Of a DNA stretch of 64,000 bases, positions 1 through 14,800 are shown one piece after another. Below the pieces are notes generated by a model. That model was not told where the DNA came from, made no database searches, and saw only the letters and a list, made by a program, of their open reading frames with translations. Position numbers and translations under genes: made by a program. Position 1 is the first letter of the stretch. Each line of letters begins with the position of its first letter. The DNA lies in assembly GCF_016433145.1 (NCBI RefSeq), contig NC_058133.1, positions 189,960,306 to 190,024,305 of the forward strand, read 5' to 3'. This stretch comes from Gracilinanus agilis (taxonomy: Eukaryota).

Positions 1-96
1 TCTCTCTCTCTCTCTCTCTCTCCCTCTCCCTCTCCCTCTCCCTCTCCCTCTCCCTCCCCCCTCTCTTTCACTCTCTGTTACTCTCTTACTCTCTCT

Positions 97-136
<40 letters not shown>

Positions 137-208
137 CGCTCTTCTCGCTCTCTCGCTCTCGCTCTTCTCGCTCTCTCTCTCTCTCTCTCTCTCGCTCGCG
201 CTCTCTCA
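1..208. repeat. (CT)n microsatellite with CTCC/CTCG variants; polypyrimidine tract
   Basis: Directly visible CT-dinucleotide array running off the left edge of the window. Confidence 0.95.
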
Positions 209-333
209 ATATTTTGTTTATAATGGTAGGTAGGTGCTCTGAGCAAAGGGGCAAGGGAAGGGACCTATTCGGGAATGAAGGTAATGTAAAAAGAAAACGT
301 ATGCATTAAAAGATTAAAAAGAAAAAGAATGGG

Positions 334-495
334 GAGTAGGCAGGTGGCTCAGTAGATAGAGCCAGTGACCTCAGACCCTTCCTAGCTGTGTGTCCGTGGG
401 CAAGTCACAACCTTCATTTGGCTGCCCCTCATTACCGTTCTGCTTTGGAACTAAAAGGAATATTGCTTCTAAGTTGGAAGGTAAGGGTTGTTCTA
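334..495 (+). mobile_element. Diverged SINE1_Mdo-like SINE
   Basis: ggcaggtggctcagtagatagagcc...gggcaagtcac...gaaggtaaggg matches the opossum SINE layout repeated throughout the window. Boundaries approximate. Confidence 0.7.
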
Positions 496-689
496 AGATC
501 AGAAAAGAGTGTTGGATTTTTAGCCAGAAGAACCCGATTCGAATTGGACCCCTGCTCCGTGCTATCGCGAATAAATAACTGGACACAATCTATCTAGGGC
601 TTGGTTCTTTCTTTATAAAATGAGAGGGCTGGACTAGATGATCCCACAGTTAGAGCTGAAAGAATGCTTGCTGATAATCTAGTCTAACC

Positions 690-830
690 CCTTCATTTAC
701 TCTAGAGGAATAAACTGAGGTCGGAGAAGTCAAAGGACCACCCCAAGGTCATACAAGCTAGCCGTGGCCGAGCTAAGATTCGAACGTAGAACTCCAGCCT
801 CCGAAGCCGACGCTCTTGTAGCTGCGCCAC
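690..830 (-). mobile_element. MIR (CORE-SINE) copy, unusually CpG-rich
   Basis: gaggaataaactgaggtcggagaagtcaaaggaccaccccaaggtcatacaagctag...gattcgaac resembles the MIR core in reverse orientation. Confidence 0.65.
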
Positions 831-879
831 TCTTACTCTCCCTGATTTCTCCACAGAAATTCTGGCTGTTAGCTGACCT

Positions 880-1330
880 TCAGCATCCATCCTTTCTGGG
901 ACCTGCTACGGCTACGCTACGCAGCGGCTGAGGCTGCAGCCGTAGATCTTTTTGCTGGGGGAGGAGGATGGTTAGAGAGGAAGTTAGTTAGCCTTTTAGG
1001 GCTTGGGGTGGGGGGAGCTCAAGGGACCCAGGTGGCCAGCAGAGGCTTGGGGAAGGGGGAGGTGGGAACGGTGCGCTCAGGTGTGTGCTGCCCTCCTGCC
1101 AGGTGAGGCAGGTGTGATAGGTGTGGCCCTGGGGCGGCCTTAGGGCTCCGCTCACGCCCCCCACCCCCCTCCTCCCAACCACCCCAACTTGGGCTCCAGC
1201 TTGGGCTGCCTCTTCGCCCCGGTTACCGCTAGTGGCTGCTGTAGTTCTCCAGAGCCGAAGGCGGCTGCGGCCAGAGTGTCCACCGCTCAAGATGGCGGCT
1301 CCCATGTCTCAGTGAGTTTGTGCGGGGGTG
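880..1330 (+). promoter_or_regulatory. C17orf113: CpG-rich promoter and candidate first exon of C17orf113 (donor after 1311)
   Basis: CpG-dense segment; YY1-type motif CAAGATGGCGGC at 1288-1299; 5' splice site CA|GTGAGT at 1311/1312 followed by G-runs. Assignment to C17orf113 is inferred from position and strand. Confidence 0.6.
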
Positions 1331-3789
1331 GGGGGGAGGAGGTGCACCTGGGGAGGGGAGGGGAGGGCAGACAGGGTGGGGTGCCCTATGATCCCAGCCA
1401 CCCGTGCCAGCCCTAAAACTGGGCACCTCCCCAACTCAGACATTGGGAAGGGGCTTCCAGGGAAGGGGGAGGAACCACAGCGTGTGTATGTATATGTGCG
1501 CATGTTATGTGTCTATGTATACTTGTGTCTGGTGGGGTGATCTATTTCTCTGAATGACCAGTTTGGGGGCTGCTTTCTTGCCCGCCCCCCCCCCCCAGGA
1601 AGTTTCCAAATCTCCCTCTATCCCTCTCTGCACCCCCCGGAAATGACAGGAGTTTGGGGCACCAACTAGATCTGATTTGGGCTTTTTCACCCACATTCTA
1701 CATGTCAGGATTATAGAATAATTGGTTTTATGTTGTGGGAGGCAGAGAGAGGGGGCTTTTAGGGCCAGAGCTAGGGGCTACTGGAGTGCAGGTGCTCAAC
1801 CAGAGGAACCCCTCTCTGGGTAAGAATTAAACATTTGATGCCAATTTTAAGGGGTTAACTACCCTAATTGGGAATCTAGGGATGCCTCCCCCGTTTCACA
1901 CCCCCAAGTAGCGCTGCTTCTCCTGACGTTCATTGCCAGGTTCCCCTGTAGACAGTACTAAAGTGTCTGGGGCCAGCTCCTCCCCCTTCCCTTGCATTCA
2001 CTTGTTCCCTTTAGGATCTATTCCTATCTATTCCTGGTGGAAGCATAAAGATGGGAGTCAGTTGGCCAGCTTTTTTTTTCCTTTCTTTTTTTAAACAATA
2101 ATAAAGGTTTAAGGTTTGCTAAGTATATTATCTCATTTGCTACTCAAAATAGCCCTTTCAAGTAGGTACTATTATTATCCCCATTATACAGATGAGGAAA
2201 AGGATCACTATTTGAAATTGATTGATGACTGACTTGCTGAGTCACAAAGCTAGCTAGTAAGTGTCTAGGGCAGGATATAATAAACTCAGACCTTCCTGAA
2301 TCCAAGTTTAGTGCTCCAGTTACTGTGCTTCTTAGACCAATGAGGGAGAGAGTGTCATCTCTACGGAGAAATTAGCCTTGGAGCTACTTTGGTTATTTGA
2401 AGAACCTCTTGTGGACTAGACTTCTATATTTTTCCTTTTTTGGCCCTCTGTAAAGTGTGATGGATGAGTTCTAAGATTTGGATTTATTAATTTGCTTTTT
2501 TTTCCCCATCTCTAGGTTTGATCTTTTGAATTCAGTCAAAAGATCATAGATTCAGAACTGGAAGGGAACTCAGAGTAACCTAACCTCCTTACTTTACAGA
2601 TAAGGAAACAGAGGTTCAAAGGGTTCCCTCTTACCTTTGACCACTTAAAATCTCTGACTGTGGCTCTAGATTCTTCCTATTGGGTTTATCACATAGGGTG
2701 CCTAGCAGTCGAGGCTGAATGAACTAAATTATTTCTAGCATCATCACAAGCCCTTTTCCCTTTAGGGCTTACCCCTAAGACCCAGGTGCTTTGCAATCAT
2801 GTCAATTGTCAGTTGTCAAAAGAGGCTCCTCCTGCCTTGTGAAGAGATGGAATCATAGTCCTTAACCAAAAAGTACTTTAATATTCTGGATATGAGGACA
2901 AGGGCGTAGGATTCCCTCTAGTCTATGTCCTTTAGCTGTCTTTCAGGTCTCTCTCCTGTGAAGAGAGAACACCAAATAAAGAAATACCCTTCCCTCCACT
3001 TGACCCCATTTTCTTTTGATTCAATAAACTAGAATCCTGCTCTTCTGGGAATAATGGAAAGAACTTGGAGTCACAAGACTGGAGTTTGAATCTTGTCTCT
3101 GAAAAATACCACCTTAGTGAAAAAGAGGGCTGGTTTTGGAGTCAAAGGGCCTGGGTTTGAATCCTCACTCTGTTTTAATTACCTGTGAGATCTTGGAAAA
3201 GTCACTTCCTCTCTTTAGGACTCAGTTTCCTCATCTGTAAAATGAGAGGGTTGAACCAAATGATTTCATTCCCCCCTCCCCCCTTTCTGTTCTAGCATCA
3301 GTTCTAAGACAGAAAAGCAGCAAGGACTAGACAATAGAGGTTAAATAATTTGCCTAGGGTCACACAGCTAGAAAGTATCTGAGGTCATATTTGAACATGG
3401 GTCTTCCCAACTCCAGGCTTGGCTCTCTATTCACTGAGCCACCTATCCAGGGCCAGATGATTTCTAAGATCCCCTCTAGTTGTAGCTGTGTGACCTTAAA
3501 TACCATGGTGTAGTAGAAAGAGCCTTTGGGGTCAGAAGATGCAGGTTCATGTCTTACCTCCGAGACGTCTCTTCTTGTTCGATCACAGACAAGTTAATGA
3601 TATGGGTCCAGCTGTCAGAATTCCTCATTCTCTAAAATGAGGAAGAGATTTGTCATAGACATCTTGGGGAGGCCCAAATTTTCCACTCTAAGACTATGGT
3701 ACTTCCAAACTTTTCTGGGCCTCTTTTCTCATCTTGTGGAAATATTTACCAGATGTCTTAGGAGCTTGTCAAGGGAGGATGGGACTATT

Positions 3790-3815
3790 TGTGTTTGTGT
3801 ATATGTATGTGTATG

Positions 3816-3846
<31 letters not shown>

Positions 3847-3848
3847 GT
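3790..3848. repeat. (TG)n/(TATG)n microsatellite
   Basis: Directly visible. Confidence 0.9.
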
Positions 3849-4172
3849 TGCACATAAATGGGGTGGGCCTAGTTTACATTACATCTGCCTCCTGATTGGA
3901 CGGCAATCCCTGGATCTTTCCATGACTACCTGGTCTTCATTCTCTCTGCCCCTTTCTGGTCCTTTCCTGACCTCAGCTGGAATTTTTGTGTACAGCACAG
4001 GGGCATGAAGGAAGTAGTATTGAACCAAAATGATGGAGTCTTCTTTAACCCATAAATAGTCATCAGTCCCCAAATGCCTAAAAAGCCCAACTACACTTGG
4101 CAACACACCCCTAATTTATCTCCCCTTGTCTCTTTCATCCCCAGTCCCTGGCGGCTTTCTCGGCTAAGGTAG

Positions 4173-7867
<3,695 letters not shown>

Positions 7868-8753
7868 ATCAAATGAGAAGGCCTCATATCTTACCTGGGA
7901 TCTGCCTTGTGTGACTATGGATTCCCTGATGGGATTTTAACCCCTTTCTCTCTGCTGGGGTGAAAGACTGTCCTCTGGCTAGGGTAATCTTGTTTCATAT
8001 TCCCTTTGGTTGTTATTTTGACACTCTCCTATCCTGATTCTAATTCAGCCTAGCCCAGGATGTGGAGTGGGGAGGGATGGGGAGAGGCTTGGTGGTGTTG
8101 ATCCAGTTGAGCCTAGGTAAGGAATTGAAAGGTGGAAAGTTAGGGAACTATTGCTGTGCTCTTGTCATCTCCAAAGCTTTGTGCTTAACATGTGTGGGCA
8201 TTTTTGTCCCCCAACCCTGGGATTTGGTAAAAATTTTTATTGATGTTGTAAACATTAATAATTGGAAGTGGGAAGAAAACTTGTTCCTCCTAATGGAGGA
8301 TGGAAGGAAAAATAATCCTGTCTAGCTTTCATCACTGTCCTTTGCCCTTTGGGAGCTAGCCAGCTCAGGGTATTATGGCCAAAGGAAAGGATACAGGACT
8401 GGGAATTGAGAGACCTGAATTATTGTTCCATCTCTGTCCTTAGCTCAAACATAGGCAAGTCATAGACTCTCTCTAAGTCTTAGTTTCTTTCTTTCTCTAA
8501 AATGAATGATTTGGACAAGATGGTTTCTAAGATTGCTCCCAGCTCTGATATTTTGTTCCTCCTTTACTATAGCACAATGCCTTCTCTTTGTTGGTATTAG
8601 CCAGAAGGGGGTCTATTCAGAAGTACAGGAAAGCCAAATGACTTAGTGGGGTCCCCATCTTCACCATTCTCTCCACTCTAACCCAGAATGTCCAAGGGCA
8701 TCTGTATACAGAAAGGTGTACATAGACATATAAATATATACACAGATATATTA

Positions 8754-8759
8754 AATAAA
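8754..8759 (+). terminator. C17orf113: Candidate poly(A) signal of C17orf113
   Basis: First AATAAA I found downstream of the stop at 7867, with U-rich sequence downstream. A second AATAAA lies at 9373-9378. Confidence 0.5.
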
Positions 8760-9804
8760 TGTCTTATCTTTTATAGAATTAGAAACAATGCTCACAAAGA
8801 GGATTTTGGGTAGTTATGAGTTTTGCTATGCTAGGGTCCAAGAAAGTTCCAAGTAGAACAAATTCCTATCTCTTTTCTTCTTTCTCTTCCATAAAAGTTT
8901 GGTTGCCATCCAGGCTCCCTTCTTCCCTTATCCCTCAGCCCCTTGAGACCAAAGACAGTGCAAAATTACAATTCCTGCTTTTAATTCAACCTCACCAAGC
9001 AGACATGATGTATTTTTTTCATTTTCTTTTCTTTGACCTCTTCCCCATTCCAATGCTTCTCCATATGACCACCCACCTCCTTCCTAAAGGGCAGGTGACC
9101 GGGGGGAGGTGGGGGGAACATCCTCTCCATAGCTTGCTTGAGGGCACCCTCACCGTGGCTGACTCTCTGCTGCTTCCTCCATCTCCCTCCAAAAAAAGGC
9201 CAACAGGGTAGAGTACCCCAAGCCCCATCTGAGAGAGTCAGCTGACAGGTAGTAGTGGGGTGGGGAAACCAGACAGACTGTAGACTGTTATGCCAGTGAA
9301 TGTCTCCCTCTCCCCTGCTGCTTCCTATGTGGCCAGAAATGGGTTGGGCGTGTGTGTTTGTGGAGGGGAGTGAATAAAGATCTCCCCCCATCCCCAACCT
9401 TCCATTGAGTCCATTGCTTTGGAATACAATAAAGTAGAACCATCCCAACTCCTGACTCCCGACATTCTGCGGTTTCTGGTGATGTGTGTGCGTGTTGGAG
9501 GGATCCAGGTGTGCTGTCTCCTCTTTCTCCCACAAGGCTCTGTTTCCCAGTTGGGGGCTGTGGTTCTGCTGCTTCCCAGAGCCCAATCAGAAGCTCCTTC
9601 TCATCACCCCAAGATTCTTTTCCAGAGATGCTCTTCTGGTCGGAATAGCCCCTCAACCAGCCCAGAGTGACAGGCCTCTGTGGTAAGGAGAGATCTCCAC
9701 AGCTGAAGATGTCCCTCCAGGTTACTCTTCCCCTCTTCTCCTGGGCCCGGTACTAGGGTCTCCCATCTCCGCCAGCTTAGTAGCCCTTCCTGCTCTAATT
9801 CCCA

Positions 9805-10000
9805 TATTTTTTTTAACCCTTACTTTTTTGTCTTGGAATCAATACTATGTATTGGTTTTAAGGCAGAAGAGCAGTAAGGGCTGGGCAATGGGGGTTAAGT
9901 GACTTGCCCAGGATCACCCAGCTAGGAAATGTATGAGACTAGATTTGAACCCAGGACCTTCCTTCTCTAGGTCTGATTCTCACTCCCTTGAGGTATCTAG
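9805..10000 (-). mobile_element. SINE1_Mdo-like SINE
   Basis: ttttttttaacccttac...gaggtatctagctgcccc is the reverse complement of the SINE pattern. Confidence 0.85.
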
Positions 10001-10494
10001 CTGCCCCACCCCACCCCAAATACTTTCTATCTTCAACTTCTTCCTGTGTTTTGTTTTCTTCCTGGCTCAAGATGTGTGAGTTAAAGGCTCTGGTACCCAA
10101 TCATCTGACTCCAAAGACTTCCTTCATGGTCCCATGGGGAATGGGACAGGCCTCAGCCAATGCCAATGTCGTATTTGTCCACTTACAAGAAAATTCAGAT
10201 GTCGACCCCATAACTCATACCTTGGGGTTGCTGGTGGGGGAGGGAAGGGGAAGATCTGGAATTTCCTTGAGGTCATCTTGTCAAGAAGTGGAGGTTTGCA
10301 TCTCAGTGAACCTCCTTTTGCCCAACATTAGGGTGTTGTAACAGGGCTTAAAGAATAGGCTTTAGAGGAGAATGAAGGGATCAGAAATGTGGTCAGAGAA
10401 AGGGAATTCTGGTATCTGGCTTCTCAGCAATCCTGCATCTGATTGCTAAGGGAACCAAAGACAGAACATCCTTTTAAGATGAATCCCTGGGTAA

Positions 10495-10695
10495 GGCAGA
10501 TAGGTAACATAGTGGACAGAGAGCCAGGCCTAGAGACAAGAGGTCCTGGATTCAAATCTGATCTTAGACACTTCCTAGCTGGGTAACCCTGGCCGAGTCA
10601 CTTAACCCCCATTGCCTACCCTTACTACTCTTCTGCCTTGGAACCAATACACAATATTGATTCTAAGATGGATGGTCAGGGTTTAAAAAAAGAAA
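10495..10695 (+). mobile_element. SINE1_Mdo-like SINE
   Basis: Pattern match with A-tail. Confidence 0.85.
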
Positions 10696-11169
10696 GAAGA
10701 GTCTCTGGGTTAGGGAGAAAAATACTCTTAATAAAGGATGGATGGAATATCTCTTACACACACACTTTTTAAAAAATGGGTCAACAGTGATTCAACTCCA
10801 TCCAAGTCCTGATACTTCCTTATCCCTCCTCCTTAGATTCATTATGGATGCAACTTTCTCACTGCTGGATTAGTAGGGGATGGGGAGAGTGAAGGTGGGG
10901 AGAATGAAAGGAGATGTGACTCTTCCCACCTGGGAAAAGGTACCATCAATCAGAAGATGGGTAAACTGACTATATACTTCTTGTAATGAGCTAGCAGGTG
11001 ATTACATTCACATTTTTTTTTAAATTTTAAATTAACAAACATTTTTCTCTGCTTCCTACTCCTCCCTCTGAAGAAAACAAAGAACAACAAAACTATTGTG
11101 ACAAATACTCATAATCAAGCAAAATATATTTCCACATTGACCAAGTCCAAATATATATATCTTTCTCTC

Positions 11170-11365
11170 TCTCTCTTTTTTTAAATAACTGTTACCTTCT
11201 GTCTTAGAATCAGTACTGTGTATTGGTTCTAAGGCAGAAGAGCAGGAAGGACTAGGCAATGGGGATTAAGTGATTTGTCCAGGGTCACCCAGCTGAGAAG
11301 TGTCTGAGGTCAGAGTTGAACCCAGGACCTCCTTTTTCTAATCCACTGAGTCACCTGCCCCCTTG
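11170..11365 (-). mobile_element. SINE1_Mdo-like SINE
   Basis: Reverse-complement pattern match. Confidence 0.8.
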
Positions 11366-11893
11366 CATCTTGAATCCCGTCAACTTTCTGTCCAGAGATA
11401 AACGGCAGTGAGCATCATCAGAGTCCCCTGGAATCATGGTTCGTAGTTGGCTTAGTCAGAATTCTCAAGTCTCTTACAGTTGTTTCTCTTTACAATGACT
11501 TAACTCCTTTATAAATAGAAAGGGAAGTGAGCATTTGGGGGTAGGAAGGCCCAGCCCTGGGTCTCAGACCATCTGACTTTTCCCCCCTGAGTTCTAATCT
11601 CTCCCCCATATCACTGGCAAATGAGTTTGCCTGGGTGGCTTTAGCCTCAGTTTTTCCAACTGGCACAAAGGTATATGAAGGATCTGTCTCATGAAAATGG
11701 CATTTCTTCTTCTCACCTTCCCTCTCAAATAACATCTTATCTCTAGCTGTTAGTATTTTCACTTTTAGGAGGGGGCAGACAATACAGTCCCAGCCCCTGG
11801 CTTCCTTTTGGACTGTGAAAGTTGGCGGAGGTCCAGAACTTGCTCCTGTCAGCCTTCCATTCCATATTTTACCCCTTCTTCCTCCCCCACCAG

Positions 11894-14800
11894 GCCCTGC
11901 CTCCAGCTCCCCCAACCCTCTGCTGGCCTCGCTGCCCCTGCCTGCTCGGCCTCTGCAACCCCCACTGGACATCAAGCATTTCCTGACGTTCCACTTCAAT
12001 GGCGCAGCCCCACTCAGCCTTTTCCCCAACTTCAGCACGGTAGGTGTGGAGAGGGGGGTGGTTTAATGGGAGGAGGGAGAGTAGGGTCAAGGGCAAGTGG
12101 AGCTGAGGCTGTCAGCATACCTCAGTTCCCCTTTCTGTCCTAGGTCTGAGGGAATTCAGTTGTCTTCTTCCTCTATTTCCTACAGCCACATGCATACATG
12201 TCCTCGTTCCTACTTGAGATGAACTCTACTGTGTAGATCTAGGTCAAATGAGCTTTCCATATCCCTGCAAAGGGACAGGCTAGGCAGGGTAATGAGGGCG
12301 CCTAGGGGACAACTTGTTAAGGTGGTGAAGAGCCTGCATCTTAGTCTCCCCAATAACTGGGCCTAGAGTCTGGAGAATGAGAGAAATTCTGTGTCTGTCT
12401 GTGTGTCTATTTATGTGTATGAAAATGTCGGGTAATCATAGATTTAGAGCTAAAAAATAAAGGCTTTAGAGTCATCTAGTCTAGTACCTTCATTTTACAG
12501 ATGAGGAAACTGAGGCTGGATGTCTTGCCCAGGGGTCTGAGGGAGGATTTGAACTTGGGTCTTCCTTACTCCAAAGCCAGCACCCTGGACCACTCCAAGC
12601 CACCCTGCCCCTTCTTCCTCGTATCTGACTGCTTTCATCTTCACACCTCTCCAGAGATGTTATGTTACTGTTCGAGGAGTTCAAGCCTTTGGGGCTGCAC
12701 AAGGCTGAAAAGATAGTCACCATCCCACCACAGGCTGGATCCAAAGGCTAAATTGGGGTGGAGGGGAGGCAGCTCAGAGGGCAAAGAGACTTCATAGCTC
12801 CCCTGCTGTCTTTCTTCACCTCCTTTCTGCTTCTTTAGACCTATTCTATTTTCCAATACTTATAGGTTCTTTTGTGCGTGTATGTGTGTATGTATGTGTC
12901 TGCGAGAGCCAGAGGAAGAAGTGGAAAAGGCAGCAGGGGAGGTTACTTACTGCTGGTAATCAGGACAGTTTATTTTCCTCAATCACAGACTTCTGAAAGG
13001 TCACCCTGGTCACCTGGTTGTCATTCTCTTATTTCCACGCAGGTTAACTCCTCCACTCTATCTCAGACTAAACCAGATAGGTATCCTTCCAGGGCTTAGC
13101 TTTCCAGGAAAGAGGATGATGCCCCTGCTGCCTCCCTCTGAGCTCATCCACAGGACTTTGGAAGTTCTTCTTAGTGTCTAACCACAATGCCTTCCTACTT
13201 AACCCTCTCCCAGTGAGGGATGGGGCAGGGCTCATAATCGCTATTCTCTCTCACCCCACCTCACCTCACAGATGGACCCAGTCCAGAAAGCAGTAATCAG
13301 TCACACTTTTGGAGTCCCCTCCCCTATAAAGAAGAAGCTGTTTATCTCCTGTAACATCTGCCACTTGAGGTTCAACTCTTCGGTGAGCTAAGTGGAGGGA
13401 GAGGGAGAAGGTCTTCTGAATGGGGAGCTCTCAGTGGGAACAGCAGGAGCGTGCAGAGGAAAAATGGGAACCATACTTGATGTTATATTGGGAGGAAGGG
13501 GAAAGGTGAGGACATGGCCTAGACACTTGGAAGGAGTGCTGAACTTGAGGTCAGAAAAGGTGGGTTTGAATCTGGGCACTGCCACTTATCCTGGGCAAGT
13601 CACTTAATTTCTTTGGGTCTCAGTTTCTTTGTCTGTAAAATGAAGAGTTGGACTAGATGCCTTTAACACCTAGCTCTAAATCTGTTATCTAATGATCTTT
13701 TTTATCTGAAGGAATCTCCTGCATTCCTAAATGTTCTCTTCATTTCTCTGCCCCATCCAACCTTGCCCACGCCATTCCCTACTCCCCTAAGTTTCACTTC
13801 TGTCATCCTCCATTCCCTTATGGCCCTGCGCACCCCCTTACCTCCTAGGAAAAAGGTCTAATTCCCATCTCTTTTCCTGCTTGTGCTGCCTTGTGCTGTT
13901 TTCTTAGCCAATAAGGAATAAGCTCCAGTCAGGGGATGTTCTCTCAAGGAACTGAGCATCCTGTAGGGATTGTGGGACCTATACTAAAAGAAGCATGATA
14001 GAAGGTTGAAAGTAACAGGAACAAAGGAGAGATTCAAGCCAAGTGATTTCAGAAAATTTGAGGTGGGAGAATTGGTGAGGGTGGTGATGTGGGGGGGGGG
14101 GCAGGAAAAGCTTCTTAGAGGAGGTAGAAGCTCAGCAGTCTTTAAGAAAGATATTTTCAGTAGGCTCCATTTCAAGTCTGGAATCAATCCACAGAGATAT
14201 CAATGCACAGAGATAGGATATGGTAGGGGAATAAATAATATATAGTGGATCAAATACTAATTAGTAAGACCCAAGTTCAAATCCCACTTCTGACACTTAT
14301 ACCTTGGGCAAGTCATTTAACTTTAGATAATGCATTAGCAAAATGGGAATAAGAGTAACTAGCTTCTTGGTTGCTGGGAGGCTCAAAAGGCATCTTAGGT
14401 AAAGATCTTTGCAAATCTTAAAGCACTCTATGTGGGCAGCTGGGTAGCTCAGTGGATTGAGAACCAGGCCTAGAGACAGGAGGTCCTAGGTTCAAACCCG
14501 GCCTCAGACACTTCCCAGCTGTGTGACCCTGGGCAAGTCACTTGACCCCCATTGCCTTAAAAACAAAAACAAAAAACACTGTATGACATAATGATTTATC
14601 ATATGAAGTAATAACAATAGCTAGCATTTCATAGCAGTTTAGCATTTGCAAAGTACTTTACATATCTCATCCTAATAACTCTGTGCAATAGGTCCTATTA
14701 TTATCTCCATTTTATGGTTGGGGAAACTGAGGCAGATACCCGTTAAGTTACTTGCCCAGGGTCATTTAGCAACTGAATGTTTGAGACAACATTTTAACTC

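Noticed and set aside
988-1540. Overlapping GC-rich ORFs around the C17orf113 promoter
   Set aside because: Expected stop-codon scarcity in a CpG island; no protein-like features.
9626-9682. Possible 57-nt ZNF385C exon (ttttccag...TG|GTAAGG) with an ATG
   Set aside because: The ATG frame, which is the phase needed by exon 11894, stops at 9646; no other support.
13081-13088. GTATCCTT, an exact U12 5' splice-site consensus
   Set aside because: No U12 branch site at the proper distance from the 13272 acceptor; about one such 8-mer is expected by chance in 64 kb.
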